63,116 nt of DNA, from positions 1-63,116 of the forward strand of contig JBMYYO010000001.1 in the NCBI GenBank assembly GCA_049609505.1. The letters are read 5' to 3'. The first letter of the stretch is position 1. Each line of letters opens with the position of its first letter. The notes under the pieces are model-generated. The model saw only the letters and a program-made list of their open reading frames with translations. It did not search any database and had not been told where the DNA came from. The position numbers and the translations under genes are program-made. Shown in pieces: positions 45,452 to 55,337 of the stretch. This DNA comes from Akkermansiaceae bacterium. GTDB lineage: Bacteria > Verrucomicrobiota > Verrucomicrobiia > Verrucomicrobiales > Akkermansiaceae.

Positions 45452-48172
45452 ATGCGTTTATTTATCCTTCTAGGAATTTGTTTTTTATCTGGTTTGGCAT
45501 CGGCAGGCGATGCCATTAAGTGGTCCTCTGAGATGCCGCCATTACCTGATGAGTATGGCTACGCTGGTGGCTACTCGGCGATTGTTGGCGAAGGTGAAAG
45601 CCGCACACTGGTCTTTGCGGGTGGTGCTAACTTCCCCTATAAAAACCCATTTGATGAGGCAAAAAATGCCAACAACGGTCAGCCGAAAGTTTTCCATAAC
45701 ACGGCATTCTCGATCTCGCTGGCGGCAGAAGGTTTAACGAGTAAGGGCGAGTGGAAGTCTGCCACACCCTTGCCAATGGAGCTTGCCTATGGAGCTTCTG
45801 TTTCTCTGCCGCATGATCACTCAGCGTTGTTTATTGGGGGAAACGCTGGAGCCGATGGCGCGGGAAGATCCGCTAAGGTGTATCGGGTCACTACTCAGAA
45901 TGGCACGATCAGCTACACAGCCATTGCTGACCTTCCCGTAGGTGTAACAAACATCGCGGCAACATTGGTTGATCAAACGGTTTATGTTTTTTCAGGAAAC
46001 TCGCTGGCGGGGTCTGAGCAGCAGTTTCTAGCGCTCGATACTTCTAACAGTGATTCCACAAAGTGGCAGTGGGAATTGCTTTCATGGCCAGAGAGGTCAG
46101 CTGGTGTTCCGGCGCGGGCACGGGGGAACTACACCATCGGCAATATGGCGGGGAAGGTCTATGTGTTTGCGGGGCGCTCCGCACATGATCCGGCAGATGA
46201 CAGTATGCAAAAGGTGGATATCAACGAGATGCATAAGCTGGATTTTTTCCGCGATTGTTATGCTTATTCGCCGAAAGCGGGATCTTGGAAACGCATTGCG
46301 GATCTGCCGATGGGGATTTCTGCTGCTCCCTCGAACGCTGTGCCAGCGGGCTACTCTCACTTGCTAATGCTCGGAGGTGTGCCGGTTGAGTTTTTACGAG
46401 ATTTGTTAGATGTTGAAAAATACCCCACGCTGAATGCGGGGCGGCAAGGGTTTGACCATCCGGGATTTCCGCGTGATATCTGGGGTTATCACTACGTGAC
46501 TAATACATGGGCGAAGTTTGGCAAAGTGCCAGAATCTATGCGCTCCACTGTGACTGCTCCTGTGGTGATCGATGGTGCGGAGTTCATTGTGCCCTCTGGT
46601 GAGTGGAGCCCGAAGCTACGCTCGAATGCCATGCGCGTTGGCAAAATAGCGGCGGACCGCCCGTCCTTTGGCGCGATCAATTGGGTGGTGGTTTGTGTTT
46701 ATTTGTTAGGTATGGTGTTGGTCGGTTATTGGTTTATGAAAAAGGAAGCCGCCTCTAGCACGGATGATTATTTCCGTGGTGGGCAGCGCATTCCGTGGTG
46801 GGTAGCTGGGCTATCGATCTTTGCCACGGTGCTTTCCTCGATCACCTTCATGGCTATTCCAGCGGTGGCGTATAGTGATAACTGGAACCGCTGGATTGGA
46901 CAGTGGCCGATCCTTGTGCTGGTGCCGTTGGTGGTGTTTTTCTACCTGCCATTTTTCCGTAAGCTGAATCTAACATCAGCTTATGAATATCTGGAGGCGC
47001 GGTTTAATCTGGTGATCCGCTTGATCGCTTCTACTTCGTTTATGGTTTTCCATATTGGAAGAATCGCCATCGTTCTTTACCTGCCAGCGTTGGCTCTTTC
47101 ATCGGTGACGGATATGAACATCTACATTGCCATTTGCGTAATCGGGGTGCTCTGCGTGATCTACACTGTGATGGGTGGTATTGAGGCTGTGGTGTGGACG
47201 GATGCTATTCAGGCGTTGGTGCTCATCGGGGGGGCATTGTTATGTTTCGGGCTCGTCGTAGCCAAAGTGGATGGTGGGTTTGGTGCTGTTACTGCCACCG
47301 CAAGTGAAGGGAAGTTTCTAACCGCTGAGTGGTCTATGGAGGAGGCTAAAAACTTCAGCTCTAGCACGAAGTCCGGCTGGCTGTTGTTCCTCGGTTTCTT
47401 GTTTGCCTCACTGCCGAGTTACACCTCTGGTCAGGATGTCGTGCAGCGCTATGTAACCACCCCATCAGAAAAGGCGGCAGCGCGCTCGCTGTGGCTGAAT
47501 ATCTTTATGGTATTAGTCGGTTCTGCTATTTTCTTTGCCCTGGGCACCGCACTGTATGTTTTCTATCAGAACCATGCAGGGATGCTTGATCCTACGATGG
47601 CGAAGAACGATGGCATTCTTCCGTTTTTCATCATGCAGAACTTACCCGTAGGCGTAGCCGGCCTGATCATTGCGGGGGTGTTTGCTGCAGCGCAATCGAC
47701 GATTTCCAGCTCATTGAACTCCGTGGCGACGGCCTTCGTGACGGACTACTATGGTCGGGTAATTGCACCAGAAAGTGCGGATGCCAAACGCCTCAGCGTG
47801 GCGCGTAATGTGGTGATCATTCTCGGTGTGTTAGGCATCGGATGTGCCTGCTTAGTCAGTGCAGGAAACATTAAATCCGCTTTTGACACTTTCAATATGT
47901 TTGTTGGATTCGCGATGGGACCACTTGCTGCAATCTTTGCTCTAGGCATCTTTACCAAGCGCGTCAGTGGTGCTGCGGCACTGATCGGAGCGATTGCTGG
48001 AGCACTTGTGTTAGGCGTGGTACAATACACAAACAGCACAGGAGTCACTAACATCTGGGGACTCTTTAATGGCTTGATCTGCTTTACCACCACCTTCACT
48101 GTGGCACTGGTGATGGGCTTCGTCATGCCTGCCAAGCCTGAGCAGGTGAAGGGGCTAAATATTCACAGCTAA
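45452..48172 (+). CDS. NanM-like Kelch mutarotase domain fused to sodium:sialic acid symporter (SiaT-like SSS)
   Basis: Signal peptide, AGGANFP, LAYGASV, HPGF, SGEWSP propeller; then DYFRGGQRIPWW...SSITFMAIPA, SAYEYLEARF, GGIEAVVWTD, QDVVQRY, AAAQSTISSSLNS. Confidence 0.9.
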   Translation: MRLFILLGICFLSGLASAGDAIKWSSEMPPLPDEYGYAGGYSAIVGEGESRTLVFAGGANFPYKNPFDEAKNANNGQPKVFHNTAFSISLAAEGLTSKGEWKSATPLPMELAYGASVSLPHDHSALFIGGNAGADGAGRSAKVYRVTTQNGTISYTAIADLPVGVTNIAATLVDQTVYVFSGNSLAGSEQQFLALDTSNSDSTKWQWELLSWPERSAGVPARARGNYTIGNMAGKVYVFAGRSAHDPADDSMQKVDINEMHKLDFFRDCYAYSPKAGSWKRIADLPMGISAAPSNAVPAGYSHLLMLGGVPVEFLRDLLDVEKYPTLNAGRQGFDHPGFPRDIWGYHYVTNTWAKFGKVPESMRSTVTAPVVIDGAEFIVPSGEWSPKLRSNAMRVGKIAADRPSFGAINWVVVCVYLLGMVLVGYWFMKKEAASSTDDYFRGGQRIPWWVAGLSIFATVLSSITFMAIPAVAYSDNWNRWIGQWPILVLVPLVVFFYLPFFRKLNLTSAYEYLEARFNLVIRLIASTSFMVFHIGRIAIVLYLPALALSSVTDMNIYIAICVIGVLCVIYTVMGGIEAVVWTDAIQALVLIGGALLCFGLVVAKVDGGFGAVTATASEGKFLTAEWSMEEAKNFSSSTKSGWLLFLGFLFASLPSYTSGQDVVQRYVTTPSEKAAARSLWLNIFMVLVGSAIFFALGTALYVFYQNHAGMLDPTMAKNDGILPFFIMQNLPVGVAGLIIAGVFAAAQSTISSSLNSVATAFVTDYYGRVIAPESADAKRLSVARNVVIILGVLGIGCACLVSAGNIKSAFDTFNMFVGFAMGPLAAIFALGIFTKRVSGAAALIGAIAGALVLGVVQYTNSTGVTNIWGLFNGLICFTTTFTVALVMGFVMPAKPEQVKGLNIHS

Positions 48173-48186
48173 TCACCATTTTTCTT

Positions 48187-49368
48187 ATGTCTAACTACAC
48201 TCGTGATGATCTAACATCTCTGCGTGATTTTTACCGCACCAGCCTACTGGATGATACGTTAAACTTCTGGTTGCCCCGATCCATTGACACTGAGCACGGC
48301 GGCTACTTGCTGATGCGTGATCGTGATGGATCGCTGTTAGATGACGATAAATCTGTCTGGTTTCAAGGCCGGTTCAGTTCTATTCTCGGAAACCTTTACA
48401 ACACCGTCGAGCCGCGCCAAGAGTGGCTGGATGGAGCGAAGGCGGGTGTGGATTTCTTGAAAAATCACTGCTTTGATGAAGACGGTCAGATGTTTTTTCT
48501 GATGACCCGCGATGGCAGGCCGCTGCGCAAACGCCGGTATTTTTTCTCTGAGGCGTTTGCTTGTGCGGCGTTTGCTCACTATGCCAAGGCAACCGATGAT
48601 GCAGCACTTGCGCAAGAGGCGAGGGATTTGTTCAAACGCTGCACCGAATACGCAGATGGAACTTTGCCACTTCCTGCTAAGTTTACTGAGGAGCGCCCCA
48701 CCAAAGGGCTCGGCGTGCCGATGATTTTCCTCAATGTAGCCCAACAACTCTGCGACACCATCGGCGATGAGTTTGCCGCTTCAAAAATAGACGACTTCAT
48801 CCGTGATATTGAAGGTTGTGTCAACGATGACCTCCGCTGCGTGATGGAGTGCACCGCACCTGATGGTAGCGTGATTGATCACCTTCAGGAGCGCACCATT
48901 ACTCCAGGGCATGCCATCGAGGGGGCATGGTTTATCTTGCATGAAGCCAAACGGAGAGGTGGTGATGAGGAACTACAAGAGCTCGGCCTCAAAATGCTCG
49001 ATTACTCGTGGGAGCAAGGGTGGGACAAGGAACACGGTGGCATCATCTACTTCCGCGATCCCACAGGGAGACCTGTCATGGAGTATTGGCAGGACATGAA
49101 GTTCTGGTGGCCACAAAACGAGGCCGTCATAGCCACCTTGTTAGCCTACACAATGACAGGCGATGAAAAATACGCACGTTGGCACAAGATGATTCACGAC
49201 TACGCGCACAAGTACTTTCACGATAACGAACACGGCGAGTGGTATGGCTACCTGCACCGAGACGGCCGGATCTCCACACCGATGAAAGGAAACCACTACA
49301 AAGGCCCCTTCCATCTTCCACGTATGCAAATGTACTGTTGGCAACTCCTCAAAAACCACCTAGCCTAA
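48187..49368 (+). CDS. N-acylglucosamine 2-epimerase (AGE family, Bacteroides NanE-type)
   Basis: DKSVWFQGR, RKRRYFFSE, PGHAIEGAWF, KFWWPQNEA, GEWYGYLHRDG, KGPFHLPR. Confidence 0.93.
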   Translation: MSNYTRDDLTSLRDFYRTSLLDDTLNFWLPRSIDTEHGGYLLMRDRDGSLLDDDKSVWFQGRFSSILGNLYNTVEPRQEWLDGAKAGVDFLKNHCFDEDGQMFFLMTRDGRPLRKRRYFFSEAFACAAFAHYAKATDDAALAQEARDLFKRCTEYADGTLPLPAKFTEERPTKGLGVPMIFLNVAQQLCDTIGDEFAASKIDDFIRDIEGCVNDDLRCVMECTAPDGSVIDHLQERTITPGHAIEGAWFILHEAKRRGGDEELQELGLKMLDYSWEQGWDKEHGGIIYFRDPTGRPVMEYWQDMKFWWPQNEAVIATLLAYTMTGDEKYARWHKMIHDYAHKYFHDNEHGEWYGYLHRDGRISTPMKGNHYKGPFHLPRMQMYCWQLLKNHLA

Positions 49369-49389
49369 CATTATATTCCGTCAACGACC

Positions 49390-50130
49390 ATGAAAACTAT
49401 CCTCACTATTTGCCTGCTCGCCGCTTTCCCTCTCGTTTCCCATGCCCAATCACCTGCTGCCCCAGCACAAGAAACAGAACAACACACCGCGAACACTCCC
49501 GCTCACAAACTCAATCACGCGTGGTGGAAAAAACGCCACGAACAAAAACTTGCCGCTGCTAAAAATGCAGAGTGCGAACTTCTATTCATTGGTGACTCCA
49601 TCACCCACGGGTGGGAAGGCGCGGGGAAAAATGTTTGGAAAGAATACTACGCCAAGCGCAAGGCGTTTAACATCGGCTTCTCTGGTGACCGCACTCAGCA
49701 CGTAATCTGGAGGCTCAACAACGGTGAGCTAGCGGACTTCAAACCTAAAGTAGCCGTCATCATGATAGGCACCAACAACACTGGCCACTCGATGCAGAAA
49801 GCTCAAGAAACAGCCGATGGCATCAAAGCAATCATTACCAAATTGCATAAGCACAGCCCAAAAACAAAAGTTCTCGTGCTTGCGATCTTCCCACGCGGTG
49901 ACAAGGCCACACACAAAATGCGCATTCGTAATACCGAGATCAACAACATCATAAAAACCTACGCGGATGATAAACTCGTGCACTATCTAGATATGGCACC
50001 CGCTTTCCTAACCAAGGACGGAGTGCTTACCCGAGCTGTGATGCCTGACCTCCTTCACCCTCGCGAGCCAGGCTACAAGATATGGGCAAAAGCCATGGAG
50101 CCAAAGCTCAAAGAGCTACTCGGTGAGTAA
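49390..50130 (+). CDS. Secreted SGNH esterase (PAF-acetylhydrolase-Ib-like), candidate sialate O-acetylesterase
   Basis: FIGDSITHGW, GFSGDRTQH, IGTNN, MPDLLHP. Confidence 0.88.
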   Translation: MKTILTICLLAAFPLVSHAQSPAAPAQETEQHTANTPAHKLNHAWWKKRHEQKLAAAKNAECELLFIGDSITHGWEGAGKNVWKEYYAKRKAFNIGFSGDRTQHVIWRLNNGELADFKPKVAVIMIGTNNTGHSMQKAQETADGIKAIITKLHKHSPKTKVLVLAIFPRGDKATHKMRIRNTEINNIIKTYADDKLVHYLDMAPAFLTKDGVLTRAVMPDLLHPREPGYKIWAKAMEPKLKELLGE

Positions 50131-50226
50131 TATCATAAAACCCCACTGCGCTATCTCCTTTATCTAAGACCTTGACGTTTCTGCGGTCACACCCTAGAAG
50201 AGCCGCGCATCATTCCTAACTTGCCC

Positions 50227-50334
50227 ATGACCCGCACATCTATTGAAGCCTGCGCCAAGGCCTTTGTCGTCGTTCTCTTTATCCTCTTTGTCTATTCCGC
50301 TTACAAAGTGATGGATATGATCGGCTGGGTGTAA
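50227..50334 (+). CDS. Putative 35-aa single-pass membrane peptide
   Basis: Manual translation MTRTSIEACAKAFVVVLFILFVYSAYKVMDMIGWV fills the intergenic gap. Confidence 0.45.
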   Translation: MTRTSIEACAKAFVVVLFILFVYSAYKVMDMIGWV

Positions 50335-50393
50335 TGGCCCATATCGTTTGACCCTTGCGAGACGAGGGAGGCTTGTGGTAAACATCATTTCTG

Positions 50394-52943
50394 ATGAATT
50401 ACTCACGGCTCACCACATTGCGGTCATCTCTCGTTTTTGTTCTTTTTGTTTCTCTCTCGGCTACAGTTTTTTCTCAAGAAGGCAAGCTGCCGCCGCCGAA
50501 TATTCTATGGCTTACATCGGAAGATCATGGCCCGCATCTTGGATGTTATGGCGATGATTATGCCACCACGCCAAACATAGATGCCTTTGCGGCACGATCA
50601 TACCGTTATGATCGTGCCAGTTCCACTGCACCGATCTGCGCACCCGCTCGCACCACAATTATTACTGGGATGTATGCGCCGTCTTTGGGTGCTCAGCACA
50701 TGCGCTCGCGAGTTCACATCCCAAGCTGGTTTAAACTCTTGCCGGAGCAAATGAAAACCGCTGGCTACTATTGCACTAACAACTCTAAACAAGACTACAA
50801 CCTCATCCTCGGTCGTAAGATCTGGCATGAATCATCGCGTAAAGCCCACTGGAAAAACCGCCCAGAAAACAAACCTTTCTTCGCCGTTTTCAACACCACC
50901 GTTTCTCACGAGAGCCAAATTAGAAATGCTAACCCCCACCCGAAACATGACCCCGCCAAGGCTCCGCTACCTCCCTACCACCCAGACACCCCTGAGGTGC
51001 GCAAAGACTGGGCTCAGTATTACGATCGCCTCAGCGGGGTGGATGCTTTTGTCAAAAAGCACCTCGATGCACTAGAGAAAGAGGGCCTCTCTGAAAGCAC
51101 CATCGTCTTCTTCTACGCGGACCACGGCTCAGGCATGCCAAGGCATAAACGCTACGTCGGCTGGTCCGGATTACACGTGCCACTGCTCGTTCACGTTCCA
51201 GAAAAATACAAACACCTCGCACCAGAAAACTACCAGTCAGGAGGGAGCACAGACCGCCTTGTCGGCTTCGTGGATCTTGCCCCCACAGCCCTTTCCATCG
51301 CTGGTGTGAAGCCGCCTAAATGGCAACAAGGTGGTGCCTTCATGGGAAAACACTCCACCGCAGCACCTAAGTATAGTTTTGGTTTCCGGGGCCGCGCTGA
51401 TGAACGCCCTGATTCCAGCCGCAGCGTCACCGATGGCCGCTACATCTACATCCGTAACTACTACCCGCACCTGCCACACGGGGTTCCGTTAGACTACCAA
51501 ATGCAAACCCCTACCACCCGCATTTGGTATAACCTTTTCAAACAAGGGAAACTTAACGCCGTGCAAGCGGCATTCTGGAAACCTCGCGCCGTTGAGGAGC
51601 TTTATGATCTTAGCAAAGACCCCCACGAAACCAAAAACCTAACCACCGAGGAAGCTCACCTCAAGAAACTCACCGAGCTTCGGGCGGCACATCAGAAGCA
51701 CCTCATCAGCACCCGCGATACCGCTCTCCTTCCTGAGAGCCTTATGCACCAGCTAGCCACAAAGCATCAATCCCCCCCCTACCGCATCGCTAAGGAATAT
51801 TACGAGCTAGAAAGGCTCATTCGTGATTACACCCAGCTTCAGTTGTTAGGCCGCAAGGCAGCTGATGATAAAATCAAAATGATCACAGGTAAACCTACCC
51901 CCCAGCGTGAATACTGGAAGCTCACCTACCTCCTTTCTCAATCAAATGAAGTGGTGCGCAAACACATGGATTCCATCATGAGGTATTCGGGAAGGAGTAA
52001 CCTTCGCCTAGAGCTAATCGCCCGTGCCCACCTTGATGAAAAACAACGCGCCGCCGCCCTCGCCGAGCTTGTTAGGCTGTCCGATCCCGCCACCAAAGAT
52101 CTCTACACCTGCATCGAATCACTAAACTCACTCACCCGACTACAACCGCTGCCAAAAAACATCCTCACCGCACTCTCAGCTCAGCCTAACAATGTTCCTA
52201 ACCCCGGCTTCGCCAAAAACTACATCCCGCGCCTACGAGAGAATCTCGGTCTCAATCAGAAAAAAACAAAAAACAAAAAACGCAAAAACGTCCTCTTCAT
52301 CATCGCGGACGATCTGAACTGTGACATCGGCTGCTACGGGCACACCACTGCTCATACGCCATTCATTGATCGGCTCGCCAAGCAATCGCTACGTTTTACC
52401 CACGCCTACAATCAAAACCCACGCTGCAACCCAAGCCGCACATCGTTTCTAACAGGAATCTATCCATCACGAACGGGTGTGATGGGGAATGGCTCTCCGC
52501 ATTTTCGTAAGAAGCACCCCGATATCGTCACCCTCCCGCAGCACTTCAAAAACAACGGCTACTTCACCGCCCGCGTTGGCAAGATTTATCACTACGGTGT
52601 GCCTTCTCAGATAGGAACCGATGGCGAAGATGATCCAGCATCATGGAGCCACGTTGTCAACCCGCGTGGCATTGATCGTGAGGTGCTTGATAAAGTCCAC
52701 ACACTACAAAAAGGCCAATTTGGCGGTACCCTCAGCTGGCTGAAACTTCCATCCACCCACAGGAAAAAATCAAACCCTACATCATGCCGAAAAATGATCG
52801 CGATGACATCCCTCTCGCCGCCCTCGCAGATAGGCCCAAACAGCTCGATCTCACCATCGCTCAGCGAAAGGAAATCATACAAGCATACTACGCCAGCGTT
52901 TCCCTCATGGACGCCCAACTCGCTAGAGTTGTTTTCGAGTTAG
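50394..52943 (+). CDS. Tandem sulfatase: first domain complete, second domain interrupted near 52754
   Basis: Domain 1 PNILWLTSED, CAPAR, ADHG; domain 2 NVLFIIADD, CNPSR, GKIYH, then out-of-frame tail after GGTLSWLKLPS. Confidence 0.88.
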   Translation: MNYSRLTTLRSSLVFVLFVSLSATVFSQEGKLPPPNILWLTSEDHGPHLGCYGDDYATTPNIDAFAARSYRYDRASSTAPICAPARTTIITGMYAPSLGAQHMRSRVHIPSWFKLLPEQMKTAGYYCTNNSKQDYNLILGRKIWHESSRKAHWKNRPENKPFFAVFNTTVSHESQIRNANPHPKHDPAKAPLPPYHPDTPEVRKDWAQYYDRLSGVDAFVKKHLDALEKEGLSESTIVFFYADHGSGMPRHKRYVGWSGLHVPLLVHVPEKYKHLAPENYQSGGSTDRLVGFVDLAPTALSIAGVKPPKWQQGGAFMGKHSTAAPKYSFGFRGRADERPDSSRSVTDGRYIYIRNYYPHLPHGVPLDYQMQTPTTRIWYNLFKQGKLNAVQAAFWKPRAVEELYDLSKDPHETKNLTTEEAHLKKLTELRAAHQKHLISTRDTALLPESLMHQLATKHQSPPYRIAKEYYELERLIRDYTQLQLLGRKAADDKIKMITGKPTPQREYWKLTYLLSQSNEVVRKHMDSIMRYSGRSNLRLELIARAHLDEKQRAAALAELVRLSDPATKDLYTCIESLNSLTRLQPLPKNILTALSAQPNNVPNPGFAKNYIPRLRENLGLNQKKTKNKKRKNVLFIIADDLNCDIGCYGHTTAHTPFIDRLAKQSLRFTHAYNQNPRCNPSRTSFLTGIYPSRTGVMGNGSPHFRKKHPDIVTLPQHFKNNGYFTARVGKIYHYGVPSQIGTDGEDDPASWSHVVNPRGIDREVLDKVHTLQKGQFGGTLSWLKLPSTHRKKSNPTSCRKMIAMTSLSPPSQIGPNSSISPSLSERKSYKHTTPAFPSWTPNSLELFSS

Positions 52944-53497
52944 AAAGGTTAGGTTTGAAGGATGACACCATCATTATATTTACCTCAGATCACGGCTACC
53001 ACCTCGGTGCTCATGGACTCTGGCAGAAAGGTGATCTCTTCGAAGGCTCCTGCCGTGTGCCGCTACTGATCCATGCTCCTGGCATCACGACCGGTGGTTG
53101 GGAAACTCGTTCTCTAGCAGAAATGATCGATCTCTACCCGACGCTTGCCGAACTCTGCGCTCTAAAAAAGCCAAACCATCTTCAGGGTAAATCCCTCGTC
53201 CCCATTCTCAAAGATCCACGTGCCCAAGTCCGCAAGAACGCTCTCACCATGTCCCCCAGTGCCGCCGCCCGAGTGCACAAGTCCCTACGCGGTAAAAAAA
53301 TATCCGGTTACACCATCCGCACTGCCCAATACCGCTATACCGAGTGGGGTGGCGGAAAGCACGGACGTGAGCTCTACGACTACGGTTCTGACCCCGAGGA
53401 ACTCACCAACCTCGCAGAAAACAAACGCCTCGCCTCCGTTGTAGAAGTTCTCAGAAAGGAGTTACACCAGCGGATCAAGCAGGCAGGTGGAAAATGA
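52754..53497 (+). pseudogene. Out-of-frame C-terminal part of the second sulfatase domain
   Basis: Alternative frame reads HPQEKIKPYIMPKNDRDDIP...AYYASVS...SDHGYHLGAHGLWQK...ELYD; the expected PFFL...RPH segment is absent from both frames. Confidence 0.8.
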
Positions 53498-53709
53498 ACC
53501 TCAAGGCAGCCTTATCCCTGTACCCTGTATGGACGACGTTTTTATCTCATTTCAATACCCGGTCGATCTGTGAAGCAATTTGTCCACACGGCCTAAGAGA
53601 GCTTACCCGCAGCATTGGTCAAAAGTAAAATTAACGATGCAAAGAGTAGAGCGCTTGCAGAGTTCTTAGTTATTTTCATTCCCCAATCACTTTAACTTGT
53701 AAACATAAT

Positions 53710-55188
53710 ATGCTTTCAAAACTGTTCTACCATCTGTGCGGTTCGGTAATTGTTCTGACACCCCTCTCTGCTCTGTCCGCTAACAAACCTAACATTATCT
53801 ACATTCTGGCTGACGACCTCGGCTACAATGAGCTCGGCAGCTACGGGCAGAAACAGATCAAAACCCCAAACATTGATGCCCTAGCAAAATCAGGCATCAA
53901 ATTCACCCAGCACTATTCAGGTTCAGCCGTCTGCGCACCCACCCGCGCATGTTTCATCACCGGAAAACACAGCGGCCACTCACAAGTTCGCAATAACTCC
54001 GCTGGAATTTTCAAAAACCCAGCATCCAGAAAAAACCCAGCGGGCGAAGGCCAATACCCCCTCAAACGCGGCACTGAAACCATCGGCGGCATCCTCCAAA
54101 AAGCTGGCTACAAAACCTGCGCCGTCGGCAAATGGGGACTCGGTGGCCCCTTCAACGAAGGCTCTCCTAACAAGCAGGGGTTCGATCACTACTTCGGCTA
54201 CCTCTGCCAACGCCAAGCCCACAACTACTTCCCCACCCACCTCTGGCGGAATGACAAAATGGTCAAGCTCGATGGTAACGAAGGCGGTAAACAGCTCCTC
54301 GGCAAACACTATGCCCCCGATCTCATCAACAAAGAGGCGCTAGAGTTTATCGAGAAAAACCACAAACAACCTTTCTTCCTCTACTACGCGACCATCATCC
54401 CTCACGTCGCACTGCAAGTGCCCGAGGACGATCCGGCCCTCGCCGAGTACCGCAAAAAATGGCCTAACGAAAAACCCTACATCGGTAATCGCGGTTATAT
54501 CCCTAACAAAACTCCCCACGCAACCTATGCTGCTATGATCACGCGCATGGATCGTTACATCGGCAATATCATTGCTAAGCTCAAGAAGCTCGGCGTTTAC
54601 GATAACACCCTCATCATCTTCACCTCAGACAACGGCCCCACCAACGCCGGCGGTGGTGGCGCATCCTACTTCAACTCCGCAGGTGATCTCCGTGCTTCCA
54701 AAGGCTCGTTCTACGAAGGCGGCATCCGCGTGCCATTCGTGGCATCATGGACAGGGAAAATCAAATCTGGCACCCAGTCTGATCACATTTCTGCCGGCTG
54801 GGACATGCTCGCTACCTTCGCAGACATCGCTGGAGAGAAACCTAACAAAGAAACCGACGGCATCTCTCTGCTCCCATCCCTCACTGGAAACGGCGAACAA
54901 AAGAAACACACCCACCTCTACTGGGAGCTAGGCACTCAACAAGCTGTCCGCATGGACAACTGGAAAGCCTACCGCCGCGCAGGCGGAAAAGTCTTCCTCT
55001 ACGACCTCTCAAAAGACATCGGCGAAAAGAATAACATCGCCGACCAACACCCCGAAGTCCTTAAAAAACTTACTGATCTTTTCACCTCGTCACGCACTGA
55101 TAACAAAGACTTCAAGGACCCAGCACAGCCCCGCGAGAAACGCCAAAAGCGCGAGCGCAAACGGAAAAACGAGAAGAGCAAAAAGTAA
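53710..55188 (+). CDS. Arylsulfatase (S1)
   Basis: PNIIYILADDLG, CAPTR, GKWGLG, IPH, SDNG, EGGIRVP. Confidence 0.95.
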   Translation: MLSKLFYHLCGSVIVLTPLSALSANKPNIIYILADDLGYNELGSYGQKQIKTPNIDALAKSGIKFTQHYSGSAVCAPTRACFITGKHSGHSQVRNNSAGIFKNPASRKNPAGEGQYPLKRGTETIGGILQKAGYKTCAVGKWGLGGPFNEGSPNKQGFDHYFGYLCQRQAHNYFPTHLWRNDKMVKLDGNEGGKQLLGKHYAPDLINKEALEFIEKNHKQPFFLYYATIIPHVALQVPEDDPALAEYRKKWPNEKPYIGNRGYIPNKTPHATYAAMITRMDRYIGNIIAKLKKLGVYDNTLIIFTSDNGPTNAGGGGASYFNSAGDLRASKGSFYEGGIRVPFVASWTGKIKSGTQSDHISAGWDMLATFADIAGEKPNKETDGISLLPSLTGNGEQKKHTHLYWELGTQQAVRMDNWKAYRRAGGKVFLYDLSKDIGEKNNIADQHPEVLKKLTDLFTSSRTDNKDFKDPAQPREKRQKRERKRKNEKSKK

Positions 55189-55337
55189 ATCATAACTCTC
55201 AAGCCTATTTACTCAGTGGCTCTGCCAGAAGAAAATAAACGATCGCAATATTTGCTTTAATAATATTACACATGGTATTAGACTGAATAAGTCCGTCCCA
55301 TTTTACCTATTCATTCTACCTATTAATACCCCCCATT

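Noticed and set aside
49362-49389. GCCTAAC at the AGE epimerase stop resembling an attC inverse core
   Set aside because: No matching GTTRRRY or hairpin follows; next gene starts 21 bp later; explained by the abundant CTAACA hexamer
52760-52775. GAAAAAAT as programmed frameshift site
   Set aside because: A conserved catalytic segment is missing, so frameshifting could not restore the enzyme
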